From IMG/VR virus record IMGVR_UViG_3300020049_006543, positions 1 to 36,863 of that record: a stretch of DNA of 36,863 nt. The stretch is one strand, 5' to 3'. Of the stretch, positions 22,834 through 31,263 are shown piece after piece. The DNA is from a virus. The position numbers and the translations under genes are program-made. Each line of letters opens with the position of its first letter. Positions within the stretch are counted from its first letter, which is position 1. Below the pieces are notes generated by a model. The model was not told where the DNA came from and ran no database searches. It saw only the letters and a program-made list of their open reading frames with translations.

Positions 22834-24030
22834 ATGTCACTAGAACAAATCACAAAAACAGTTGAGAATCTCAACAAGGATTGGTCAGAGTTCAAGAAAA
22901 CGAACGATGAACGATTAAAGCAAATAGAATCTAAAGGTTCCGCAGACCCGATAACTGAAGAAAAGCTTGAAAAAATCAATAAGTCTATTGAACAGTATAA
23001 CGCTGAAATGGACAAGCTTTCCAAGATTGTTGCGCGCGGTACACTTTCCGATTCTAAAGACGGCCTGACACCTGAAAAAGAGCTTGCTCAGAAATCTTTC
23101 AACAAATTCCTAACTAAAGGCGATAAAGCCCTTACTGCGGAAGAACTGAAAGCTTTCAGCATCGGTTCCGGTGGTGACGGCGGCTTCTTACTAACACCAG
23201 ACGTACGCGAACTTATAGACGCAAGACTATATCTTACTTCGCCTATGCGTCAAATCTGTACTGTTGTACAAACTCAGGCAACTGAAGTTGACTGGCCTAT
23301 AAGAGTGGCTAAATCATCTTCCGGCTGGGTAGGTGAACAGACAAGCAGGCCAAATACAGATACAGGACAACCTTTCGGTATGTTAAAAATACCGGTGAAA
23401 GAGGTTTACGCTAACCCGCCTGTAACTCAACGCTTCCTTGATACAGTAAGCAACGCGGCTGAAGTCGTAATGAACTTTATCACTGAAGACTTGATGCTTG
23501 AAGAAAATACGGCTTTCGTAACTGGCGACGGTAACGAAAAACCGAAAGGCTTCCTGAATGATTACCAAGTTTCTACTTCGTATTCTGCAAGTAAGCTTCA
23601 GGCTATTAAGTCCGGCTCAAACGGCGACTTTGATTTTGACGATGTAATTGATTTATATTACACGCTGAAATCGCCTTACCGTGCGAACGCAACGTTCCTT
23701 GCTAACAACAGCATCTTTAAAACTATAAGAAAGTTTAAAGACCAGAACGACCAGTATCTATGGCAGCCTTCACTTGTTGCAGGCTCACCTTCAACGATAC
23801 TTGGTCGCCCAGCTATTGAAGCAAACGATATGCCAGACGCAAGCACAGGCTCACTTTCGCTGGCGTTCGGTGACTTCAAGAAGGGTTATGTAATTGTTGA
23901 CGGAAAACAGACTTCTGTTCTTCGTGACCCTTACAGCAATAAACCTTTCGTGAACTTCTACGCTGTGAAAGACACAGGCGGAAGCGTTGCTGTTGCTGAA
24001 GCAATCAAGTTGCTACAGTTAGCATCTTAA
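22834..24030 (+). CDS. Major capsid protein (HK97 fold) with an N-terminal delta/scaffold domain.
   Basis: Coiled-coil N-terminus, then GGFLLTPDVRELIDARL...MRQICTVVQT...WVGEQTSRP...AFVTGDGNEKPKGFLN, the Phage_capsid pattern. Confidence 0.9.
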   Translation: MSLEQITKTVENLNKDWSEFKKTNDERLKQIESKGSADPITEEKLEKINKSIEQYNAEMDKLSKIVARGTLSDSKDGLTPEKELAQKSFNKFLTKGDKALTAEELKAFSIGSGGDGGFLLTPDVRELIDARLYLTSPMRQICTVVQTQATEVDWPIRVAKSSSGWVGEQTSRPNTDTGQPFGMLKIPVKEVYANPPVTQRFLDTVSNAAEVVMNFITEDLMLEENTAFVTGDGNEKPKGFLNDYQVSTSYSASKLQAIKSGSNGDFDFDDVIDLYYTLKSPYRANATFLANNSIFKTIRKFKDQNDQYLWQPSLVAGSPSTILGRPAIEANDMPDASTGSLSLAFGDFKKGYVIVDGKQTSVLRDPYSNKPFVNFYAVKDTGGSVAVAEAIKLLQLAS

Positions 24031-24037
24031 CAAACTT

Positions 24038-24069
24038 CTGGCGCGGCTTCGGCTGCGCCAGATTAATTT
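24038..24069 (+). terminator. Hairpin terminator after the major capsid gene.
   Basis: 10-bp stem ctggcgcggc / gctgcgccag (one G-U pair) with a UUCG tetraloop, followed by ATTAATTTT. Confidence 0.6.
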
Positions 24070-24089
24070 TAACTTAAAAGGAAAATACC

Positions 24090-24512
24090 ATGAAACGCGA
24101 AGGCGCATCAAACAAAACCCACAAAATCGCAGTAACAAAAACCGCGATTTCTGGTAATGGTACAACAGCCGGCAACACTATTGATGTACGCGGCTACAAT
24201 AAAGTAACATTCTTAATAACCTGTGAAGCATTCACGGACGGCGTTTATACACCGCTTATCAACGAATCAAACGATTCTGGTATGAGTGGCGAAAATGCTG
24301 TTGCAGATGCAGAGCTTCACACTCCACTTTCCGGTTCAACTGCTCCCGAAGCAGCCGCAGCACTTACAGCAGCAGGCACTTCAAGGATAAGCTACATCGG
24401 TGTTAAAGATTACGTTACTTGCGATATAGTAGCAACCGGCGTTACTTCCGGCGGCTCTGTAAGCGTAGTTGCGGTTCTTGAAGACCCATATGTTCAGCCG
24501 GTAGGCGTATAA
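24090..24512 (+). CDS. Virion-associated protein of unknown function (possible head decoration protein).
   Basis: 140-aa ORF preceded by aaaaggaaaataccATG, located between the capsid and connector genes. Confidence 0.6.
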   Translation: MKREGASNKTHKIAVTKTAISGNGTTAGNTIDVRGYNKVTFLITCEAFTDGVYTPLINESNDSGMSGENAVADAELHTPLSGSTAPEAAAALTAAGTSRISYIGVKDYVTCDIVATGVTSGGSVSVVAVLEDPYVQPVGV

Positions 24513-24521
24513 TAACCGACG

Positions 24522-24562
24522 AATAGATTGCTGGTCGTAAAACACTGGCAATCTATTTTTTC
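24522..24562 (+). terminator. Rho-independent terminator.
   Basis: Stem aatagattgc (24522-24531) / gcaatctatt (24548-24557), running into a T-run that ends TTTTTTCT. Confidence 0.7.
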
Positions 24563-24622
24563 TGATATATTATTTAATCAAACATTCATTGTTTTATTTA
24601 ATAATCTAACGGAGTACATAAA

Positions 24623-24895
24623 ATGCCAAAAGTCACTTTTACAGAAGACCAGAAAATCTCTTTCAACGGTGTTACGAATAAAGAATTCGCAGCAGGCGAG
24701 GCTTACGAACTGTCAGAAGCAGAGGTTGCAAAGCTTGATGAATACAAGGTTGAATATAAGAAATCTTCTTTCATAGGCAGCAAGACAAAGAATAAAGCCG
24801 AAGATGAAGGCGAACCTGAAGTAAAAACAGAGGGCGAACCTGAAGGCGATGAAGAAGGAAAAACTAAGCCGAAAGTTAAGATTAAAAAGAAATAA
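24623..24895 (+). CDS. Hypothetical protein with a charged low-complexity C-terminus.
   Basis: 90-aa ORF with its own GGAG RBS. It is bracketed by hairpin terminators on both sides. Confidence 0.6.
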   Translation: MPKVTFTEDQKISFNGVTNKEFAAGEAYELSEAEVAKLDEYKVEYKKSSFIGSKTKNKAEDEGEPEVKTEGEPEGDEEGKTKPKVKIKKK

Positions 24896-24912
24896 CTTTA
24901 TAATTTTAAAAC

Positions 24913-24933
24913 AGGCCGCGTGTATCGCGGCCT
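24913..24933 (+). terminator. GC-rich hairpin (weak terminator or RNA-stability element).
   Basis: aggccgcg-N5-cgcggcct, followed by TACTATAT. It ends 6 nt before the ATG at 24940. Confidence 0.45.
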
Positions 24934-24939
24934 TACTAT

Positions 24940-25590
24940 ATGGTCAAACATACAAAAATCACCATAAAGAACACTACGCCGGCGCTTGATTTGTCGGTGG
25001 TAAAGTCTTTCTGCAAGATAGATGAAGGTAACGATTCTGACGAAAGCCTGATAAAAGACGTTATCATACCTGCGGTTGCGGAAGCCTGCGAGAAAGAAAT
25101 TAACGGCGTTCTTCTTTCTACCACTTTAGAACATATACAAGATGAATTTGATATGCTGCCTGCGCGATACTCGGATATGGTATATCCATTCGCCAGTAAC
25201 GTAGTAGTAGCGAACTACGGCTCAAGATTCATAGACCTGCCTTATAAGCCAGCTATAGCCATAACCTCGGTTAAGACATACGATAGCGATAATACAGAAG
25301 ACACAGTTTCTTCGTCCTATTACCTGCTGGACAACTCAGGAAGGCTTATATTTAACGATAACCTTATAATTAATATGCGCCTTCTGGCGGGGCTAAAGGT
25401 TACATATACAGCCGGATTCGGCAGCAAGCCAACGGACATTCCAGCCGATTTACGCCTTGCCATGCTACAGCACGCACGCGATATATACGAAAATATTTCA
25501 AAAACAGGTGATAATTTTACATCATCACAGAAGATTCCTGACGGAAGCCTTGCTATATACAAGCGCTACAGGAACCTTAACGGAATATGA
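24940..25590 (+). CDS. Head-tail connector protein (gp6-like).
   Basis: The N-terminus LDLSVVKSFCKIDEGNDSDESLIKDVIIPAVAEACEKEI matches the gp6-like connector pattern, and the position fits. Confidence 0.6.
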   Translation: MVKHTKITIKNTTPALDLSVVKSFCKIDEGNDSDESLIKDVIIPAVAEACEKEINGVLLSTTLEHIQDEFDMLPARYSDMVYPFASNVVVANYGSRFIDLPYKPAIAITSVKTYDSDNTEDTVSSSYYLLDNSGRLIFNDNLIINMRLLAGLKVTYTAGFGSKPTDIPADLRLAMLQHARDIYENISKTGDNFTSSQKIPDGSLAIYKRYRNLNGI

Positions 25591-26039
25591 AAGTAGATGT
25601 AACTGTTGATGATAAAGAGCTTCGGGAAAGCATCAAGAAGCTGAAAGAAGACGCGAAGAAAGACTTAGGCGCGGCCTTAATTGATATAGGCGACACAGTA
25701 CGCAACGCAGCAAAAAAAGGAATCCGCGACCAAAGCCCGCGCTCTGGGAACCTCTATAAAAGGCGCTTACAAAGCGGTAAAGGCTATAAAGAAGTAAGAG
25801 GCGCTGCGAAAGGCGAATATCCACTGGGCTTTAGCGGAACGCTGGATAAGAACATATTTCGCTATATAGATAATCAATTCAAAATACGCGTAGTTGCTGA
25901 AGCCATATATTCCGCACGCCTTGAATATGAATATGAAATGCCGTTCATGCAGAAAGCCATTGAAGATAGCGATAAACAGATTGATAATATAATAAAGAAG
26001 CTGGCTGATAGGGTAGTCGGCATAAAAAGGCTGCGATAA
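25587..26039 (+). CDS. HK97 gp10-like head-tail joining protein.
   Basis: About 150 aa. RSGNLYKR...AAKGEYPLGFSGTLDKNI...ARLEYE resembles the gp10 family. ATGA overlap with the previous gene. Confidence 0.5.
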   Translation: MKVDVTVDDKELRESIKKLKEDAKKDLGAALIDIGDTVRNAAKKGIRDQSPRSGNLYKRRLQSGKGYKEVRGAAKGEYPLGFSGTLDKNIFRYIDNQFKIRVVAEAIYSARLEYEYEMPFMQKAIEDSDKQIDNIIKKLADRVVGIKRLR

Positions 26040-26503
26040 TGTACACAATAGAGAATTTCACTACTGATTTTATTGATTATCTTAAGGATAATCTGAACAC
26101 CAAGATTGATGCCTTGAATCTTGATAATGAAGACGGCCTGCTGAAACAAATTAATAAGAAGGATTACTACTTCAGCACGGAAAACAACGTGCAGAACCGC
26201 GTTGCTCAAGGCATATTTTATTACACACCTGAAATCGTTGCCATTACCGGCAACCAGAAATTCGGCTTAACTTATAACTGGCGCATAGAGTTGGCTTATT
26301 CCGACGGTGGACGCGAGGCGAAAATTGACACCATGCAAAAGCTGCTTCGTTATCAGGTCGCACTACAACTATGCATTCAGGATTTCTTTAAGCGCGTCGG
26401 TTATTGCGTGCCTGAAATAGCCGCAGTAGGATTCAAGGACGAGAAAACCGGAACGAGCCTATATCGTATTGTCAATTTTTCAATTTCTGCTACAATAGCC
26501 TAG
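26039..26503 (+). CDS. Neck / tail-terminator-like structural protein.
   Basis: The call rests on position between the gp10-like and major tail genes. TAATG overlap. Confidence 0.35.
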   Translation: MYTIENFTTDFIDYLKDNLNTKIDALNLDNEDGLLKQINKKDYYFSTENNVQNRVAQGIFYYTPEIVAITGNQKFGLTYNWRIELAYSDGGREAKIDTMQKLLRYQVALQLCIQDFFKRVGYCVPEIAAVGFKDEKTGTSLYRIVNFSISATIA

Positions 26504-26504
26504 T

Positions 26505-26735
26505 ATGAAAATAAAAATCACACCATTAAAAGACTTTGAAATCTACCAAGAAAGCGGCGGTAATAAGACGCATATTAAGCTGCGCGAAGGCATTGAATGC
26601 GAAGTGCCAGAACAATATTTGCCAAACCTTATAACTGAAGAAGTGATTCGGGAAAAAAAGGTTACAACAAATCTGGAAAGTTCACCAGTCAAAAAACTAG
26701 AGAAAAAAATTAAAAACAAAAAAAAGGATAAATAA
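26505..26735 (+). CDS. Hypothetical protein (Lys-rich C-terminus).
   Basis: 76-aa ORF, tightly packed. Confidence 0.5.
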   Translation: MKIKITPLKDFEIYQESGGNKTHIKLREGIECEVPEQYLPNLITEEVIREKKVTTNLESSPVKKLEKKIKNKKKDK

Positions 26736-26737
26736 TC

Positions 26738-27643
26738 ATGCAAACTACAAAAGACATATTCTGGGGCGCACATACAGTTACAATACTAGACCCTGAAAAC
26801 GGCTTCCTTCCATATCAGGACGGTATGTTGGAAATCATAGGCTCAGTTGAAAATAATTTCAGCTATGAGAATGTTCCGTTAAACGGCGGTTCAAGCTCTT
26901 TCCCATTCGCTTCTGAAACAGGCGCGGCAAGCTCTGAAATATCAATGGTAGTTCGTCAGGCGAACAGGTCTATGTTTGAAACCTTCGCTGGCGGTATTGC
27001 TACTGAAACAGCAGGCAGCACTACCGGCACGGTAGGAACTCTGGTTAATACCAAAGGAACTTCCGTTGTTGCTACAACCGGCATTGATTCGGTATCGGCT
27101 CTTTCCGGCAGCGAAGCGAACCTTAAGAACGGCCTATACATGGTCAAGGTTGTTACATCAACTACAGTGAATATCTATGCGGCAACGAACGTTGACCTTC
27201 TGACTGGTACGGACGTAGAATTCCAAGATACTAGCTATAAGCTTCTTGCTTCAAACCTTACTATAACGCAAAGCTCTGATACAGATGTAACTTCACTTGG
27301 TATCAAGCTGACCGGCGATTCCGGTACTATTGGTATGACAGTAGGCGACGTTGCTATGTTTGAGGTTTCAAGGGCGCATGACGGCCTGCGTGAATACTCA
27401 GTAGGCGGCATCGGTCAAGTTCCGCCTTATGTTGGCCTATACTTTGTAAGCGCTCCACAAGGCGACGGCACAGTTACAACAATTTTCTTCCCGAAAGTTA
27501 AGTTTGCTGGCCTGCCTCTGAACTTCACAGAAAAGCAATTCTCGGAGTTCACAATCACCGGCACTTGCGTTCGTGATACAAACCCTTTCAATACCAGCGA
27601 AGAAATCGTTTACAAACTTAATCATGTAAAGGGTAATGGTTAA
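26738..27643 (+). CDS. Major tail protein (putative).
   Basis: 301 aa, Gly/Thr/Ser-rich and beta-type in composition. It lies immediately upstream of the chaperone and tape-measure genes. Confidence 0.55.
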   Translation: MQTTKDIFWGAHTVTILDPENGFLPYQDGMLEIIGSVENNFSYENVPLNGGSSSFPFASETGAASSEISMVVRQANRSMFETFAGGIATETAGSTTGTVGTLVNTKGTSVVATTGIDSVSALSGSEANLKNGLYMVKVVTSTTVNIYAATNVDLLTGTDVEFQDTSYKLLASNLTITQSSDTDVTSLGIKLTGDSGTIGMTVGDVAMFEVSRAHDGLREYSVGGIGQVPPYVGLYFVSAPQGDGTVTTIFFPKVKFAGLPLNFTEKQFSEFTITGTCVRDTNPFNTSEEIVYKLNHVKGNG

Positions 27644-28158
27644 TGGCGAGTATCGCAGCACTTAATACCGAAACCAAAAAGGTTTACGTTGGCGGCGCGG
27701 AATACACAATCGCGCCGTTCACCGTTGGAGTGCAGGCAAAAATCGCTGAATTCTTTATAAACAAAGGGAAGCCAGACGGCTTAAGCTACGCTCTCACTGT
27801 GCTTTCAAGCGGCATCGTTACGCCGGAGTTTATAGAAGTTATAACCGAAATGTTCTATTGCCTTATAGAAGCGCCTTCCGAAAGCTTGGAAGATTTTAAA
27901 AAGCGCGTGCAGAAGAAGGAAAAGGCAATCGGAAATCTTGTAACGCTCATTCTGAATCAGATAGATTCTTCAAAAGAAGATTATCAATTTGAAGTCACCG
28001 ACACGCCAGCCGGTAAAAAAAAAGTGATGCTGGGCTGGATAATCTTAATATTCTCAATAATTGGCTTGATTGCTACGATGTACTGGCTTGCAGATATGGT
28101 TACACACTTGCCGAATTTTGCAAACTTACTCCGCGTCAAGTTCAGCACCTTGTTTTAA
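27643..28158 (+). CDS. Tail assembly chaperone (gpG-like), zero-frame product.
   Basis: Position between the major tail and tape-measure genes. It contains an A9 slippery tract. The zero-frame C-terminus is a hydrophobic helix, VMLGWIILIFSIIGLIATMYWLA. Confidence 0.6.
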   Translation: MASIAALNTETKKVYVGGAEYTIAPFTVGVQAKIAEFFINKGKPDGLSYALTVLSSGIVTPEFIEVITEMFYCLIEAPSESLEDFKKRVQKKEKAIGNLVTLILNQIDSSKEDYQFEVTDTPAGKKKVMLGWIILIFSIIGLIATMYWLADMVTHLPNFANLLRVKFSTLF

Positions 28159-28346
28159 CTGCTCATAAGCATAGGCACGCCGAACTTAACCTTAAAGTTT
28201 TGCTTGCCGGCGGTAAGGCTGAACAGTATCAAGACCCGCGCGACGACCTGAAGGAATTCAAGGAACGCAGGGAAAAATTGATACAAGAAAGCCTGAGTAA
28301 CAAGGGAATATATAAGATATTCGGCGAGGTGGCTAAAAATGGCTAA
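27643..28346 (+). CDS. Tail assembly chaperone -1 frameshift fusion (gpGT-like), about 234 aa.
   Basis: The -1 extension reads SDAGLDNL...TPRQVQHLVLTAHKHRHAELNLKVLLAGG...EFKERREKLIQES...GEVAKNG. It ends 7 nt inside the tape-measure gene, the canonical G/GT arrangement. Confidence 0.55.
28015..28023 (+). promoter_or_regulatory. Programmed -1 ribosomal frameshift site (A AAA AAA).
   Basis: GGT AAA AAA AAA GTG in the zero frame. The -1 frame is open from 28023 to TAA at 28344-28346 and has no ATG/GTG start until codon 103 of 107. Confidence 0.6.
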
Positions 28347-30423
28347 CGAAGAAAGAAAAGTCACGGTAAAGATTGAAGGCGAAGAATCCGGCCTCAATTC
28401 TTCTTTGAATCGTTCACAGGGCTTATTTGATAAATTCAAAAAGCAGGCTGTTATCGCTGGCGCAGCAGTCGCGGCTGCATTTGTCGCAATAGGCGTTAAG
28501 GCGGTCAAGGCATTTGAAGAAGCGGAGGTTGCACAGAAGAAGACCCTTGCAGCCCTGAAGGCCACAGGCTCACAGGCAGGCGTTACTGCAAACGATATAT
28601 TCAAGCTTTCAAGCGAAATACAGAAATACACTACCTACGGCGATGAAGCGATAACGAATGTTCAAACGTCGCTTCTGAAGTTTACGAATATCAAGAAAGA
28701 TATATTTGAGCCTACTACGCGCGCAATAGTTGATATGGCGGCGGCGCTTGGCACAGACCTGAACTCTGCTGCCCTTTATGTTGGTCGCGCATTGGAAGAC
28801 CCTATTCAGGGTATGACGTTGCTTCGCCGGTCAGGAATCAACTTTACAGGGGAACAGAAGGAACAGATTAAGGCATTACTTCAGGGCAACGATGTTCTGG
28901 GCGCTCAAACCATAATACTTAATGAGCTTCAGTCTAAATTCGCCGGAACTGCTCAGACAATGGCGAACGGAACCGGAGTATTCACGCAGATAAAAGAAGA
29001 TATAGGCGATATATTTGAACAGATAGGTGAGGTAATATTCCGCTTTATCCAGCCCGCAACGATTCAGATTCGGGACTTCTTCAGGGAAATTAAGGAATCC
29101 GGCGCAGCACAAGCAACGACCTATACTATAATGGAAGTTGGAAAAACTGTTATCATGGGACTGGCGCAAGTCTTAGAAGTTCTTTATCGCGGCCTGAAGC
29201 TCGTATTCACGCCACTTGCCATGCTTGCCGACTACTTTTCCGACACCTCGGTAGAAGTAGAAGATAGCCTGCTTTGGATAGACAGGTGGAAGATAGCCTT
29301 CGCCAAGATGATAGCAACGGTTCAGTCTATAGGATATAAGGCCGTTTCTTACTGGTATGATATGAAGGCTGGTATATATGAGGCAAGAGCAGCTTTGGCA
29401 GTATTTGACGGAAGCGCTCGTACCTCTTACGAAAACGCAGCAGAGCAGGCGCGTAAGACGGCTGAAGCCTATAAGAACTCTGCAAATGATATAGCAAACC
29501 TTGATTTAACCGGAACGGCTCTTGATTATTCCAAAGAGCAGCGCGGTACTGGCGAGAGTACGACTTTCGGAGTAGGTCAGAACGAGTTTGATAAGCTTTT
29601 CGGTGGAGAGACCGGTAGGACAGTGATTTCAACAGGCGAAGGCGCGGGAGCAGGTGCAGGCAAAGAAGAACTGCCAAAAGACCTTGATTCTCTTGCAGCA
29701 CTTAATCAGTCCGGCTTGGGCTTAATGTCAGAAGACCAGCGCGAGGCTATGCTTGATTATCTTCAGAACCAGCGCGAAGAAGACTTGGACGGAATACAGA
29801 AGTATCAACTGCGGGTTCTTGAGAATGAACAGGACTTTCAAAATAGAATGAATGAAACCGTTGCCGGAGCGCTTGCAGTAAGATTCAGGACGCAAGACGC
29901 AAGCAACGCAAAGACAGAAGCGGCAACGAAGGACTTTAATTCAAATATGCTGGCACTTGCTAATTCATCAAATAGAGAGTTGCAGGCAGTCGGCAAAGCT
30001 TATGCCGTAGCATCGGCAATATATGATACTTATGTGGCAGCAAATAAAGCCCTTGCAGCGTTCGCGCCGCCTTTCTCTTATGTAGCTGCTGCGGCTGCGA
30101 TAGCTTACGGCCTTCAGAATGTTGCTACAATAAGGTCAACTCAGCCGGTAAAAGCTGCGGCTATGGGTGGTATAGTAGGCGGAACCGATATTGGACGCGA
30201 TACACAAACCATGCAGGTTCGCGCCGGTGAGGCAATTATTCCTTCGCAGTATGTAACACCACTATTGCCTACGCTTGCACAGCTTGTTAAACAGGAAGAA
30301 ACAAAAGGCTTCGTAGATAATGGCGGCGGTCAGCTTGTTGATGTTCAGATAAGCTTGGTCGGCGATGCTGGAAGCTTTATTGATGCAACGTTAAGACGTG
30401 ATAGAACGGCGGGAGTTATATAA
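28339..30423 (+). CDS. Tail tape measure protein.
   Basis: 694 aa. ALGTDLNSAALYVGRALEDPIQGMTLLRRSGINFTGEQKEQIKAL matches the TMP core region. Helical, with Ala/Gly-rich hydrophobic segments. Confidence 0.9.
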   Translation: MANEERKVTVKIEGEESGLNSSLNRSQGLFDKFKKQAVIAGAAVAAAFVAIGVKAVKAFEEAEVAQKKTLAALKATGSQAGVTANDIFKLSSEIQKYTTYGDEAITNVQTSLLKFTNIKKDIFEPTTRAIVDMAAALGTDLNSAALYVGRALEDPIQGMTLLRRSGINFTGEQKEQIKALLQGNDVLGAQTIILNELQSKFAGTAQTMANGTGVFTQIKEDIGDIFEQIGEVIFRFIQPATIQIRDFFREIKESGAAQATTYTIMEVGKTVIMGLAQVLEVLYRGLKLVFTPLAMLADYFSDTSVEVEDSLLWIDRWKIAFAKMIATVQSIGYKAVSYWYDMKAGIYEARAALAVFDGSARTSYENAAEQARKTAEAYKNSANDIANLDLTGTALDYSKEQRGTGESTTFGVGQNEFDKLFGGETGRTVISTGEGAGAGAGKEELPKDLDSLAALNQSGLGLMSEDQREAMLDYLQNQREEDLDGIQKYQLRVLENEQDFQNRMNETVAGALAVRFRTQDASNAKTEAATKDFNSNMLALANSSNRELQAVGKAYAVASAIYDTYVAANKALAAFAPPFSYVAAAAAIAYGLQNVATIRSTQPVKAAAMGGIVGGTDIGRDTQTMQVRAGEAIIPSQYVTPLLPTLAQLVKQEETKGFVDNGGGQLVDVQISLVGDAGSFIDATLRRDRTAGVI

Positions 30424-31263
30424 ATGTCAATCAATGGTTCTGTAAAATTCTTTGAGCCTTCACAGTCCTTATTCAAGGACGGAGCAACGGCAACGGCAAA
30501 TAGCAATAGTTCAAATGCTGTTCTGATTCTTAATTATGACAAAGAAACGGCATGGGTAAGCGACGGAAGCTCGGAAGGCAGCGCCGCAACGATTACCATA
30601 GATTTGGGCGAGAACAAAACATTCAACCGCCTGTTTCTTATCAACCATAACTTCAAAACTTTTACTGTAACGTATGGTTCAGGTGCAACAGATTTCGCAA
30701 ATGTCGTAACTATCAATAACGGTTCGCAGTCAACTATAAGCGAAAGCTCGTTTGCCTATGATACGGCCTATTATGAATTTGATGAAGTTACCACAGACCA
30801 GATAAATATATCATGCACCTACGTTCAGGCTCCGGCGACCACAGAAGAAAAGTTTCTGGCAAGCCTTATTATATGCGAAGAAATAGGTCAATTCACTATA
30901 GACGGAATAGGCCGTCCGAACGCAAGGATAGATGCGAATAACAGGATAGCAGAAAACATACACAATAAATCAGTGGTACAGCGTGGTATAGATGTATTCG
31001 CCTGCTCTATAAGCTCACAATATACTTTTGACCAAGAAGACCTTGATTTATTCCTTGAACTTTTTGATAGGAACGAAGACTTCCTTATCTGGCTTTGCGG
31101 CGGGCGCGTGGGAACGCCTTATTTCCGCCTGAACCATAAACCTTATAGATTGCGCGACCTATACCGCGTTCGCAACGTTCAGAGCTTAAGCAATAACTAC
31201 TACAAAGGCTTAAAGCATACCGGCACAACAAACGAACTGAACGTAATAGAGGTTGAAGGGTAA
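30424..31263 (+). CDS. Distal tail protein-like, with a possible N-terminal carbohydrate-binding (discoidin-like) domain.
   Basis: It is the first gene after the tape measure. WVSDGSSEGSAATITIDLGENKTFNRLFLINHN resembles galactose-binding-like domains. Confidence 0.4.
   Translation: MSINGSVKFFEPSQSLFKDGATATANSNSSNAVLILNYDKETAWVSDGSSEGSAATITIDLGENKTFNRLFLINHNFKTFTVTYGSGATDFANVVTINNGSQSTISESSFAYDTAYYEFDEVTTDQINISCTYVQAPATTEEKFLASLIICEEIGQFTIDGIGRPNARIDANNRIAENIHNKSVVQRGIDVFACSISSQYTFDQEDLDLFLELFDRNEDFLIWLCGGRVGTPYFRLNHKPYRLRDLYRVRNVQSLSNNYYKGLKHTGTTNELNVIEVEG

Noticed and set aside
24528-24776. 82-aa plus-strand ORF spanning the 24522-24562 terminator and overlapping 24623..24895.
   Set aside because: It starts inside a terminator hairpin and has no RBS. 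The alternative frame (24623..24895) has a GGAG RBS and a plausible protein sequence.
28155-28631. 158-aa minus-strand ORF across the chaperone/tape-measure junction.
   Set aside because: It is antisense to two well-supported plus-strand genes and to the frameshift extension. It has no RBS, and its Ala/Cys/Ser-rich composition is typical of a shadow ORF.
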